Assembly: GCA_010093605.1 (NCBI GenBank)
Contig: MU004183.1
Coordinates: 2,232,001 to 2,296,000 of the forward strand
Direction: 5' to 3'
Source: Lophium mytilinum
Taxonomy: Eukaryota
DNA: 64,000 bases
How positions within the stretch are numbered: position 1 is the first letter of the stretch; every line of letters starts with the position of its first letter. The notes under the pieces are model-generated. The model was given only the letters and a program-made list of their open reading frames with translations. It searched no databases and was not told where the DNA came from. Made by a program: the position numbers and the translations under genes. Positions 1 to 12,189 of the stretch are shown in pieces.

Positions 1-1
1 C

Positions 2-2132
2 AAGCGGAAAATACCCGGACGACTTATCGGACTCTCAAAGGATCGACTCGGCGACAAGGCCGCTAGACTTGCGTTGCAGACGAGAGAGCAGCACATTCGC
101 AGAGAAAAGGCCACAAGCAACATCTGCACAGCTCAGGCGTTGCTTGCCAACATTAACGCCTTCTACGCTGTCTATCACGGCCCTCAGGGTTTGAAAGAGA
201 TTGCCGAGAACGTCAACGCTATGGCGAGGTCTCTTCAAAACAGCCTTAAAATGCTTGGATATTCTACCGGTCAAAGGGGAAAGCTGGACAACGCGCCAGT
301 ACTATTCGACACGATTGTAATAGGTACCGGCGATAAAACGCGATCCATCTTGGACACAGCGGGTAAGAAGCCATATTGGATCAACATGCGGGAAGTCGAC
401 GCAGATCATATTGGAATTAGTGTCGACGAAGTGACCTCAAAAAAAGTAGTCAAGCAGATTGTCGACATTTTCTGGGCACATAGTGCTAATAAGGAGGAGC
501 TTCTCGAAGACGCCAAGAGTCAGCTCACACTCCCTCCACCATTTGAGCTGCCGCCTCTTTTCAAGCGCACGTCGCCATATCTTACCCATCCGGTGTTCAA
601 CTCGTACCATTCAGAGACCGAGCTTCTGCGATACATTCACCATCTTCAGTCCAAGGACCTTTCTCTAACGCATTCTATGATCCCTCTGGGTTCCTGCACG
701 ATGAAGCTTAACGCGACCACAGAAATGGTACCAATATCCTGGCCAGAATTCTCATCAATCCATCCTTTCGCTCCCACATCCCAAACCAAGGGGTACCAAA
801 TCTTGATCCGGTTATTGGAGAAGGACTTGGCTGAAATTACTGGATTTGATGCTGTATCCCTTCAACCGAATTCTGGTGCCCAAGGAGAGTTCACTGGCCT
901 ACGAGTAATTCGGAAATACCTAGAGCAACAGCCGGGCAAAAAGCGTGATATCTGCTTGATTCCCGTATCTGCACATGGGACTAACCCAGCCAGCGCCGCG
1001 ATGGCGGGCATGCGCGTTGTACCAATCAAGTGCGATACTGGAACAGGTAATCTCGATATTGCGGATCTCAAAGCCAAGTGCGAGAAGCATAGCGAGGAAC
1101 TGGGGGCTATCATGATTACCTACCCAAGTACCTTTGGTGTATTTGAGCCGAAAGTTAAGGAGGCTTGCGAACTTGTCCATCAGCATGGTGGGCAGGTTTA
1201 CATGGATGGAGCCAACATGAATGCACAGATTGGGCTTTGCTCTCCAGGAGAAATTGGAGCCGACGTCTGCCATCTCAACCTTCACAAGACTTTCTGCATT
1301 CCTCACGGCGGTGGAGGACCTGGTGTTGGGCCCATTGGCGTCAAGAACCATCTTGCGCCCTTCTTACCGGGCCACCCACTCATTAAGACTGGAGGCGATC
1401 AGGCTATTGCCCCCGTCAGCGGTGCTCCCTGGGGCAGCGCGAGCATCCTGCCAATCAGCTTTGCGTATATCAAGATGATGGGCGGTGTTGGCCTCACACA
1501 TGCAACCAAGATCACCCTTCTGAACGCCAACTACATTCTTTCACGTCTAAAGCCGTACTACCCTATCCTTTACACCAATGAGAACGGCCGTTGCGCCCAC
1601 GAGTTCATCCTTGATGTCCGAAAATTCAAGGAGTCAGCAGGGATTGAGGCAATTGATATCGCCAAGCGTCTTCAGGACTACGGCTTCCACGCTCCGACAA
1701 TGTCGTGGCCTGTCGCCAACACACTCATGATTGAGCCGACAGAATCGGAGGGCAAGGATGAGCTGGATCGCTTTTGTGATGCGCTGATCTCTATCCGCAA
1801 GGAGATTGAAGCGGTCGAGAAGGGCGAGCAGCCGAGAGAAGGCAACATGTTGAAGATGTCTCCACATTCACAGAAGGACTTGATCGTTGGTGAATGGGAC
1901 CGAAGCTACACTAGGGAAATGGCCGCGTACCCGTTGCCGTATCTCAAGGAGAAGAAGTTCTGGCCGTCGGTCACGAGGTTGGATGATGGTAAGTCCTCCC
2001 AGTATTGACTTCAACGTCATTCAAAGCTAACTCTTTCAAACAGCTTACGGCGACACAAACCTTTTCTGCACATGCGCCCCAGTAGAGGGAGCAGAAGACC
2101 TCACAGGAGCGGCAGCGCCGACACCGACTTAA
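2..2132 (+). CDS. GCV2: Glycine dehydrogenase (decarboxylating), glycine cleavage P protein; 5' part lies outside the window
   Basis: Motifs [48 protein letters not shown] and the PLP-lysine motif [18 protein letters not shown]. Intron 1989-2043 (GTAAGT..GCTAAC..CAG), last exon [11 protein letters not shown]..., stop TAA 2130-2132. Confidence 0.97.
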
Positions 2133-2913
2133 TTCGAATATCACACAGTGCGTCATTAACGCACAGTCAAAATCTGCAACGGGAATATAGAGCGTTCTAC
2201 TCGCCATCTGAAAGGCATTTCAACTTGCTATCTGGAGGTCTTTTCAACTAGACTAGATTTAGGCGGGTCTGGGATTTTTCAACAACCAGCGAAGGAGTAA
2301 GGGAGTTGCTTGGTGAGCCACTAGAGGCTTTTAACAGCCCCACGGCTTGGTCTTTTGGGACATGTATGATGAGGCTATTGCCATTAGTAGCTGAGAGCTT
2401 TGGGGTAGCCGAAAGAGACAGTGTTCAGGGTGCCAGGCAAGCCGATTGCGGAGACGGGAGAGGGGGTGGTCTGTAGACAGAATTCAACAACAGTAGCTGG
2501 TGGCGCTGTCACTCGACGTATGTACATACACTTGCCTGGCACCGCTTAGAGTCCCCTGGTACGCTATTGTGAATCGAAAAGAAGCCATCTTAGCATGCTA
2601 ATAGCTCTTCGGGCTACCTCAGACGGCGTCAGAATAGAGTGCCATCTGTTGTTCAACGTGCCCTCCGCACTCACGTGATCATGGTGGTCCAAGCTGACGG
2701 GTACCTCTAGCCCACGTCTTCGTGCCTTCTTTTCTCTCATGACCCCAAGTAGAACGTGAAAATTAGACTCAAGCAACCGCACAGACATAACTTTCAGGAT
2801 TCTTAATGCGCTCAGCTCATCGTCAGGTTTTGGAACAGCTAGATCACCCGTTGCGACCACAAAGACCTAGGATGATGTCACGATGGGCACGACCACTACC
2901 AATTCGACAAGAT

Positions 2914-2945
2914 GGCACCGTGGCAAGGCACCGTGGCAAGGCACC
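2914..2945. repeat. 13-bp tandem repeat GGCACCGTGGCAA, about 2.5 copies
   Basis: ggcaccgtggcaa-ggcaccgtggcaa-ggcacc read directly, about 220 bp upstream of the ATG at 3167. Confidence 0.85.
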
Positions 2946-3166
2946 TGCGCGTGGCTCTTCCCGTAGACTTCCGGAGCAAGTCGCATTGACGTCAGCTCTT
3001 TCCTATCGGATGATTTATTAGATGGCTGCTGCTACAGCTTGACTTGCTGTCGTTAACAACGTATCCTCCGCCGCTTTGACTATTCTTCATTCATCCTACG
3101 ACTATCCTTCCGAACTACTTTACTGACAATATCCATCCCATTCTCACTCAAAGTTAACCATTGAAA

Positions 3167-3686
3167 ATGTCTGCATCAGGTGCAGGACATTCCGGAGAGG
3201 GTGCTGGCAATGCTATCAAGAAGGGCGTTGGAATCGTCCATGTAAGCTACTAGCAGTGAAGAGATCAATAGTCTCAGCACTAATTCATCCGTCAACTAGG
3301 GCGCTGGTGAGGCTATCCGAGGCAACATCAATGCCTTCGCAGATAGTGCAGTCGGCAGCAAAGAGGGCATGGCTAAAGACCGAAACATTGTCGATCGCGG
3401 CGTGGATGAGATGAACACCGGCCACTACCACGGAACCGGCGCTGGCGTAACTCCAGTTGACACTGCACGGGAACGACAGAATCGCGTCGCACAGGGCGAG
3501 TTCGACAACTCGGGCGCGGCGTACTCTGGGAGCACTGCTCGCGCTCCTCATCAAAATCACGTTGCGCAGGGCGGATATGACAACTCTGGCGCCTACTCCG
3601 GGAACACTGCTCGTGGCCCTCATCAGAGTAGCATGGCAAACAAAGTTGACCCTACTGTCGATTCTGAATTCGGTACGAGGAGATAA
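3167..3686 (+). CDS. Small Gly-rich hydrophilic protein, fungal dehydrin-like (DPR-motif type)
   Basis: ATG 3167, intron 3242-3299 (GTAAGC..CTAAT..TAG). The spliced product MSASGAGHSGEGAGNAIKKGVGIVH-GAGEAIRGNINAFAD... ends in GPHQSSMANKVDPTVDSE, resembling the GPHxSxxANKxDPRVDSD motif. Confidence 0.7.
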
Positions 3687-3860
3687 ATAGATCCAGCAGT
3701 CCTGCAGATATGAATTATACCCGCTTTACATCTTATCACTACCTCAGTCTTGTTACACAGCCCTCTCAATCTACTCACTCATAACGCGGCAGCCTAGCTG
3801 ACCTCTCAAGACAACCCGGAAAGGCCTCGTTTACGCAAATCGGTAACATGGGCAGTGCCT

Positions 3861-5216
3861 ATGACCCTTGAGTATTTTGTTCCAGTAGAGGAGACGATGT
3901 CGACTTGGGATTCTTACCTTCCATACGCCGACACTTTGATGGTCTTGCAGTCTACTGCCAACACCGTTCGCGGTGCCTTGAATACTCAAAACCGCAGCAC
4001 CGAGATGCTTGTAGCGCCTTTAACCAAATTTCAGGCCTATGGCGAAGCTCTCAAAGAACGAAGCGACTCCTTCGATCTCGATGCTCCAACCCCCGCAATG
4101 CAGCGTTTGATGCAAAACTCACCGAAAGCACAGAAACCTGCTCTAGTCGCCTTCGAACATTACCTGAACAAAACGGTTTTAACACCTACTCAAAAAGAAT
4201 CGCTCCTCGTCAAACAGCGTGAGATTGACAACAAGCACGACAAATCCTTAGCCAATTTGGAACGCTTTGTCGTAAAACCACTATTGGGTCCAAGAACACT
4301 GTCACCTCCTCCCAAGGAACCGTCCTCCGAGAGACCGTACGAGATAAGCACTACGCCCAACGAGGCTCTCAATGATCATTTAGACCTCTCATTCCACCCC
4401 CAACCCAACAAATTCGAACAGCAAATCGCCCGCCTCATCTACAACGCCACCCTCGCCAAAGTGGAAAGCTGGGAAGCCGAGGCCGCCGCAGGCAAATCCC
4501 TCTCCGAGATCTGGCACGCAGAGCGAGCCGAGAAAGGCGATCGCGCTGCGAGGAAGCGGGCGAAGCGGTACTCGCGGCACTCGAACAAGCTGATGGATAG
4601 GATGGACCCGAGGGTGCATCGGGTGCATGCCTCGTCGCCTTGCCCGAACGAGGACTGCACGGAAGGTCCGCCGAGCGTCCTGTCTACTTTCAAGTCGCTG
4701 GTTGGCACTATCAAGAGGTGGTCGAAGGTGCCACGCATTAGATGGGGCTGCTACCTCATGTCGACGCTGGTGGTGCCGCTCCCGATTCCCGGAGCGCTGC
4801 TGGTTCTTGAGGCGGTGCAGTGGGGTGGGTGGCAGGTGTGGGATGACGACTTTTGGAATGCTATGGTGGAGCTGATGATGGGGCAGGTGGAGGAGGAGAG
4901 GGCGCTGGCGGATGGGAGACCGGAGAGAGGGATGGTGGAACAGATGTCGATGCTGTCGCCCCCTCTGGAAAGTCTCGCAGAAGAGGACGAGGATGAGGGT
5001 CAAGACGGGACGTCGATGGTATCGCCGCTTCTAGAGAGCCTCATCTTGGAGACTGCAGAGCAGAATGCTACAGAGGACGAAGTTGTGAAGGGGGTGATGG
5101 TGGTGGAGAGAGAGGTGGAAGATGTGGAAGAAGAGGGGGAAGTGCCGAATAAAATAAGAGAGGACGCGAAGGAGGAGGGGAGTAGACTGTGCAACAACGC
5201 TCTCCCTCACCCTTGA
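3861..5216 (+). CDS. Hypothetical protein of about 450 aa with acidic C-terminus
   Basis: Long uninterrupted ORF with no recognisable domain. The start (ATG 3861 or 3897) is uncertain. Confidence 0.6.
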   Translation: MTLEYFVPVEETMSTWDSYLPYADTLMVLQSTANTVRGALNTQNRSTEMLVAPLTKFQAYGEALKERSDSFDLDAPTPAMQRLMQNSPKAQKPALVAFEHYLNKTVLTPTQKESLLVKQREIDNKHDKSLANLERFVVKPLLGPRTLSPPPKEPSSERPYEISTTPNEALNDHLDLSFHPQPNKFEQQIARLIYNATLAKVESWEAEAAAGKSLSEIWHAERAEKGDRAARKRAKRYSRHSNKLMDRMDPRVHRVHASSPCPNEDCTEGPPSVLSTFKSLVGTIKRWSKVPRIRWGCYLMSTLVVPLPIPGALLVLEAVQWGGWQVWDDDFWNAMVELMMGQVEEERALADGRPERGMVEQMSMLSPPLESLAEEDEDEGQDGTSMVSPLLESLILETAEQNATEDEVVKGVMVVEREVEDVEEEGEVPNKIREDAKEEGSRLCNNALPHP

Positions 5217-6134
5217 CGGAAGGGGACCATCCTTATCACTGTCTAAGTTCTTTAGAGTTCCTAATTCCTATCCCTTGATCTGCAAGGTGTAAAATCTTGT
5301 ATCCTGTCTAGCTTGTCGACGTTGTCAAACACCACCTCTGACAGTGTCATCCACTCCTGGTACTCCCCAAAATTCCTCGCTTCATTTATGAGGTGTGAAA
5401 ATTTACCTACTATCAGATCTTCTGTGCTGCTTTGAAGTATTTTTGGCAATAGAGATTCGAATTCGAAGTACACAGTCTCTCGGAGCTTTCAGCTCACATG
5501 CCTGGCACCACTTGAGGTCTTCTGATAGTTCTATATTAGCGAAGCTTGTAAAACGACGGTCTCAACAGAGCTAGTAGCTCTCCGGCAACCCCAGACGGTA
5601 CTGGGCTGCTACTTAGCTTTCGAAAGAGCCACCCTATGTATAATGAACTACACTATTTCCATACAAGTATTTATAGCAGTGCACTACAGGTTGCACTACC
5701 TAGGTACGTAGCTGCACATGTTTGCTGTCAAGCTGGAAGCATGATGACCCGATCCATGGATACGCAAAAGCGCCAAGTGCCCTCGTCACAATCGCGGCCT
5801 CGCCAGCAGCACACACCCAATATTGCCCTTGTGGTCGTCAGACGGGGCAGCCGGTGAGACCTTGACCCACACCTCGTTCGAATAGCCAGCCGACACACAA
5901 TCGCGATCCTTGCCGCATCCATCCAAGCTCAGGGCCACCGCTTCGGTCCGCTGCCACTCACCGCCAAAGCCCGAGCACCCTTCGGGCCCAACGCGAGCTG
6001 GGATTCGCCCTCTGCATGCCTGTCAGCAGAGACCAGCTGCTACTCTCCAAGTCACCACCACCCACCTCCACCACGACGCAGAAAACCCACACTGCACGTG
6101 CTGCTGCCCCCGAAAGCCCCCGGCGGCGTGCCTT

Positions 6135-8448
6135 ATGAACCGCACCTCCGCCGCGCCGCGCATGGCTAGGGGATCCGCCTACACTGAGGGAGACGGACAA
6201 CGAGGCCGCGACCGCGCTCCGGACTACCGCGAAGCCCGTAGCTACTACACCGAGGACGACGACGAGGACGACGAGGAAGGGCGAGAACAACGGCAGCATC
6301 GGAGGCGACACCGGACGAGTCCCGCAGACGGCGAGCGCAGGCGGCGCAGACGACACAGAGACGTCGAGGAGACGCGGCTGGCGGCTGAGCTGGATATTCA
6401 GGATCTCAGGGCGGCGAGGGCCGAGTACTACTCCGTGCCCGCGGTTGAGAGGCAGAAGAGCTCGCGGCGCATGGCGCAGGCTGTGGAAGTCGAGCGCGTG
6501 GCTTCGCGAAGGGGCACGCCTGTGGTTCGGCAGGGGAGAAGCGTGAGAGATGGGACGACGTCGGGGAGTGGGACGAGGCGGCGGAGGAAGAGGGTGGAGG
6601 ATGAGGGGGAGGATGAGGGCTATGTGTATAGCCGGGAGGTGCGGGAGAGGCCTCGGTCGCCCAAGGTTGAGCGAGCAGGGACCGTGAGGAGGGTGGAGAC
6701 TGTGAGGGAGTCTGAGGGGAGGAGTAGGGGGACGAGGAGTATGGAGGCTGAAAGGCCTGTGAGGATGGTGGAGAGGGTGGTGTCAATCAAGAGGGCTGAC
6801 ACGCCCAAAGTCAGCAGGTATGTGCATGTTTGGACGCTTTGCGATGTCCAGAGGAAACAAGCTAATGTCTATCAGGAGTCTTTCTGCTCGAGAACCTCCA
6901 AAAGCGTATCGAACGCGGCCATCACTGCGTAGGACTAATACCACCGCTCGTGCGCCCAAACCTCCCGCCCCTACCCCCTCAGCTCGACCCTCAAGATCAG
7001 CGTCAATGTCTGCGCGAGTGCCAGCTCCATCTCCATCCCGGGCCACACCGATCACATCACAAAACCGGAGAAGCACGGGGCTTCTTGCTACTCTTTTCAA
7101 GCCTTCGCCCCCAAGAGCCTCACAAGTACTGGTACCAAAGCCAGAACCTAAGTATGTACCAATCACATATCACGACTGCCAGCCTTGCTAATGAACTCCA
7201 GGGTCGAATGCTTAGTCTGCATGGCCGACAACCTACCCGCCCACAGGACTGCTAAACTGGGCTGTGGCCACCGAATGTGCCACTCCTGTCTCAAACGCCA
7301 ATTCGCCCTCTCTGTCAACGACCCTGCACACATGCCTCCGACCTGTTGCACTGCCGAGCACATCCCCCTCAAATATGTCGAGCGCCTCTTCGACGATAAA
7401 TTCAAGAAGCTGTGGAATAAGAAGTTCGAGGAATATACCACCAAGAACCGAGTATACTGTCCTACGCGGGGATGTGGAGAATGGATCAAGCCGTCCAAAG
7501 TACGGATGGATTTGACGGTTGGACGAAAGTACGCGCAATGTGGACGGTGCAGGACCAAAGTGTGTACGCTGTGCAACGGGAAGTTCCACATGAAGAAGGA
7601 ATGTCCAAAAGATGAGGAAACAAAGCAGCTCGTCGAGATGGCGGAGCAAAAGGGATGGCAGCGGTGCTACAACTGCAAGACGATGGTTGAGCTGAAAGAA
7701 GGTTGCAATCACATGACCTGGTACGTCTTCTCTTTAGTCCAAAGCCCGGACTCGAGCACACACTTACAAGTCCCATAGCCGCTGTACAGCTCAATTCTGC
7801 ATGCTCTGCGCCGCCCGCTGGAAAACGTGCAATTGCCCCTGGTTCAACTACACCAACCTCGACGACGGCGACCGCCTCAACGAAATGCGCGTCCCATATG
7901 ACCCCCATGACCAGAACGTCGTCGTCGTCGAAATTCCTACCGCGCGTCCTCGCGGTCTCACCAACTGGAGCACCCGTGATCGCCGCGCCCAAGACCGCGC
8001 CGACGAGGCTCTCGCCCAGCATCTTCAGTCTCAGTTGCAGCTGAGCTCCACACCCACACCATCCGAAAGTCGTGGCGCAACCGTTCAAGTGTACGGAGTT
8101 GGTAACGCCGGCTCCCACCATCTCAACGAGTCGTATGCCGTCCGCCCGCTTGCATCCGCCGCCGCAAGGACCGCGGTCTCGTCGCAGCCTGCGCCACCCG
8201 TCTATCGGAGACGACTCCCGGGGACTCGAGAACTGGGCTACGCGGAGCCGATCTCCATCCCGCGCCCACCGCCTGAGCCGGTGCCAGAGCCGGCGCCCCC
8301 CAATGCCGCCAGGATGGCTGGGCTCGCAAAGGATGGGAGTCGCCGTGGAGCAGCGCGCGTGAATGTCTGGCTGCAGCATGTTCAGTATGACCCTGCCGAA
8401 GTGGAGGGCAGGGGGTCTATCAGCGTCGGTGGCGGAGACGACTGGTAG
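6135..8448 (+). CDS. RBR-type (RING-IBR-RING) E3 ubiquitin ligase with Arg/Glu-rich N-terminus
   Basis: RING1 CLVC..CGHRMCHSC, IBR YCPTRGCGEW..CGRC..CTLC..H, RING2 CYNC..GCNHMTCRCTAQFCMLC. Three GT-AG introns near 6819-6875, 7153-7201 and 7721-7778. Confidence 0.9.
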
Positions 8449-9057
8449 GGTTCGATCATCGGTGATCGTCCGAGTAAAAAATAGTAAGCAACGTACTTTG
8501 GATGCATTTGGGATGGTTTGGGGTTTGGGAGGGTCTTTCTAGCATATGGCATATGGGGGTTTCGCGATGAGCTTTCAGCGGATGCGATACCCTTTTTTCG
8601 GTTCTTGTTAAGAGGTGGGCTTGGGAGACTCGCAAATCAAGGAGAAGAGGGAAAGTGGCGTTGGGATAGGCGTGCTTTGTAGATCTGTGTATCTGGTTGA
8701 GGGATTGAGACGTGGTTATTGCTAGCCGCTGGGCGATTGTGAAAGGTGGTGATGTATCGCTCTAATTTTGGCGGCTTTAGGTACTTGATCTATCGTCTTT
8801 ATCTCGAAGTCTGCTCGGAATACTCCCCTCACTTCTTTATCTGTAGTAACAAGACATGAACTTGTGCACTCTCTTTTGCGGTTGCTTCCAACCTTTGTTT
8901 CAAACGTAGTTTGCTCGATCAGCAATAGCGCCAAGAGTTGATATCGTTCACCGTTTCTGATTCACCTCTGGTGCCTAATTAGCTTGGCTTGCTCTCCAAG
9001 CTTACACTCTTCCATCCACGCTCTCTACACTTTCGCTCTCTATATGTTCCGCACTCG

Positions 9058-9885
9058 ATGAAGATGGTGTCTGCGGCAGAGCGCGTCTTCGGTATCGAAG
9101 AGATGCGCGAGCAGATTCTGAGCAAGCTGACTTTCTACGACCTCTTCACAGCCCAACGAGTCTGTCGGAGCTGGCGCGACAGCATCAAAGGATTCTGTGG
9201 CCGTCTCCAAGGCTTCAACGACGTCCAGGAAGCGATCTTTCTGAAGCCAAGACCAGCGCAATGCCCGGACCGACCTCTGTGGCTCGACCAGCCCTTGACA
9301 TTCGACGCGCCCACCAACGCAGAGGCAGCAACCCTTATCCACTGGGAGTTCAACGAGTGCTATCACAATCATGAAGAAAAGGTTCTTTGCCGCGGATGTT
9401 CTCCTCTCGACGATGGGCTGCTTCACCCCATATTCCGGATGGAGCATCTTAACCCGATACTTCGCGACAACTTGACAGCGGGTGTATGCTGGCGCGCGAT
9501 TGGAGATGCGATCATCTTCTACACTTCTGATAATTTCCATCTAGAGCGGTTCATGCGCTGGTGTGACAGGCACAAAACTGGATCATGGCTGGACACTCTC
9601 GCGTTCCAGCCATCTGTTCGGAAGCTGGTGATCGCTCGCCCTCTCCAGGGACGCCGGAACGAGCAGTGGTTTATCCATATACTCTGGTTCAGGTGCGATA
9701 CAGCTATGCAAATGAAACATTTCCTCAAGCCGTTCTTGCAGGCAGACTGGTTACTTCCTGCGGACAGGAGCTGCCACACTGTCATGGATCCTGAATCACT
9801 CGACTGGATCATCGACGACTGGCGGAGAATGAGATACAATAGGTGGTGGAAGCCTTCTCGTAGTATCTGGATGCCCTTGGATTAG
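9058..9885 (+). CDS. F-box domain protein of a lineage-expanded type
   Basis: N-terminal AAERVFGIEEMREQILSKLTFYDLFTAQRVCRSWRDSI...QEAIFL is a typical fungal F-box-like motif. Confidence 0.75.
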   Translation: MKMVSAAERVFGIEEMREQILSKLTFYDLFTAQRVCRSWRDSIKGFCGRLQGFNDVQEAIFLKPRPAQCPDRPLWLDQPLTFDAPTNAEAATLIHWEFNECYHNHEEKVLCRGCSPLDDGLLHPIFRMEHLNPILRDNLTAGVCWRAIGDAIIFYTSDNFHLERFMRWCDRHKTGSWLDTLAFQPSVRKLVIARPLQGRRNEQWFIHILWFRCDTAMQMKHFLKPFLQADWLLPADRSCHTVMDPESLDWIIDDWRRMRYNRWWKPSRSIWMPLD

Positions 9886-10818
9886 GCAGGTAAATGGTAA
9901 ACTTCTTCCTACCTAATTAAACCTACTGACATGTACTTACAGGACATTGCACCTTTCTGTCACTATTCATGATCCTTCATTGACTTTCAAGGATCGAAAC
10001 AAGAAGTTAAGTCATCTTGTTAAGTGACCGGGGGACTCCCGAAATCGCATTTCGAACATACAGTACTAGTCCACAAGTCTAGGCACGCGAACTGTCACTG
10101 CTTGGCTCAAATATTGCTCACTGGAAGCCACGGTAAGGAGTGGCTTGGCTACTACGCAGAAATCAGTCAAGATGCAGTCCAATCTGCACTGTATGGAACT
10201 CGACTTTGCCGTTGGATCTTCGACATCCTATGGGGGTACCCCAGTACGAAGTAGTGGTAAACTAATGTGCACAGACCTATGGCCTGTTACTGTACCGCAT
10301 CGGGCTTACAGCTGCTTGATAGGTTGGTTCAGTGGCATCTGGCATTGCAAAGGAGTTGGGCTCCAAACGCACACTCTGTGCACAGTTGTCTTTGATCCCC
10401 TACAGTTCTTTCCACTTGTCCTGGTCCTCTATACTTTCTAATTCCTGTTTTTCCTTTTGCTAGCTTGGTTGGGAATTCTGTAATGCTCAGCTTTTAGATG
10501 ACATACCGAGGCGATACCCATGATCATTGGAGGGCGATAAAGACTCATAGTCTGATTCGAACCGAATTCTGATACCATCAATACAAATGAACTGATGCTT
10601 ACACGTGCCTTTTTACTGAATTTTGTGAGATGGAGTCCATAATATGCATATTCGGGAGTCTTGGCCGATCTATCATGACGTCACCATGGGATTTACTTCA
10701 TGGACTTTACTCCGAATCTGGGGCATGCTGTTCACCACATGGAATTATCGAAACCTCACACTCAATTACTCGCAAACCCTCTAGCTCTCTACACATAACC
10801 AATTCTCAAAGCATCACG

Positions 10819-11365
10819 ATGTCAGTGTTCCGCCAACCAGCCCGCCTAGGCTCAAGCTTCCTCCGACCCTTCCTACGCACCTCTCCCAGAACTACCTTCC
10901 AACCCTCCCACAGCCGCCTCGCCTTCGGAGACTACGGCAGCGGCGATGGCAGCCCCGTCGGCGAGAACCCGAAAGATCAGGGCACAAGCCGGCCCTCCAG
11001 GGACCTCGAACACCCCGGCGCGAAAGCTCCCGATACCAGCTCCTCGAAAGGCGAGGACTCGAAGGAGAGCAAGCCGTCGTCATCGTCCTCATCAGCTACC
11101 GATTCTGGAGAGAAGAAGCAGGGAAAGGGGCCACAGCCGAAGATCTATAGCGAGCGTCCACCAGCGGAGGAGACCGACGATGTGAAGCAGCATAACGAGG
11201 AGATGAAGAATAGGCACGATAAGCCGAAGGAGCAGACAACGAAGGACAACTTGGATATTGGTATGTTAAAGTTAAAATGTTCTCTTTTAAGCACCCTATT
11301 TGAAGCTCTCATTCCCTATTTGCGAATCACGCTGACATCTTGCAGGCAGTAAGAGCGATAAATAG
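10819..11365 (+). CDS. Small hydrophilic protein with a probable mitochondrial presequence
   Basis: Arg/Ser/Leu-rich N-terminus without acidic residues (MSVFRQPARLGSSFLRPFLRTS), followed by DYGSGDG..GENP..QG. Intron 11261-11345, last exon GSKSDK*. Confidence 0.7.
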
Positions 11366-12189
11366 GGTTGGATCATGGGCCCGGCTCTGCGTAGACGCAA
11401 AAGCTTCCAAGCCTTCATACCTTTGTACATACTGTAATTCTAAGTCTCAGCGGGCGTTTATTTCTGCCATCAGCTTGAAAGACTGGCTGCTTTACAGTAA
11501 CAATGAAGTTAAACAATTGAGTTGGAGTCTTTGTCCCACATGCAAATCTGAGACGGCGTAAATGAAAACGGCGTCATCGCCTGGTCGTCTCCATGTTCTA
11601 GAGGGGCCATTACTGCTGTGGCTTGACCGGCGGCCTTGAAATAAAACTTTGTGGGCAGGAGTGATGTCAACGCCCGTGCGTGCAGTAGAGCCGGGCTAAA
11701 GTAATACGCCTTTTCCGTAGAGCTTTATAAACAATACGCAACGTATCACTGTATCAAAATCCACGTGCAGATCTCGTCTGAGCACTTGGCCTCCAAACAG
11801 TAAAATCAAAGTTAAAATTCCACCCTGTCGTGCTTGGTTAGTGTGACGTTGGTGAGAGGTAGCTTGTATTATTGCTGTAAGCAGCTTATTACAGTGGCCC
11901 GTAGAAAATCGTACAGTCAGCCAAGCTATAGCATCCGTCTTTGAATATGATACCGTAAATTACATTACGCACGTATTAATGTACCCCGCAAACAGATGGC
12001 GGCATGGACAAAACAAATGCCATCAGAGCAGCAGCGGCCCACATCCTTGTCTGTTCGCTAAATACGTCACAACGTCCTCATTCTCCAACCTCCCTCGTAC
12101 TTCCTCCCCACATCCAAAACTCTTCTTCATTCTCGCTCACCACATCCTCAACACCATTCAACTACCTCTCATCAAACACCGTTGCAGCT

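Noticed and set aside
5261..5473. 70-aa minus-strand ORF that looks protein-like
   Set aside because: GTG start, no domain and no convincing exon chain. It may be a relic but I cannot support that.
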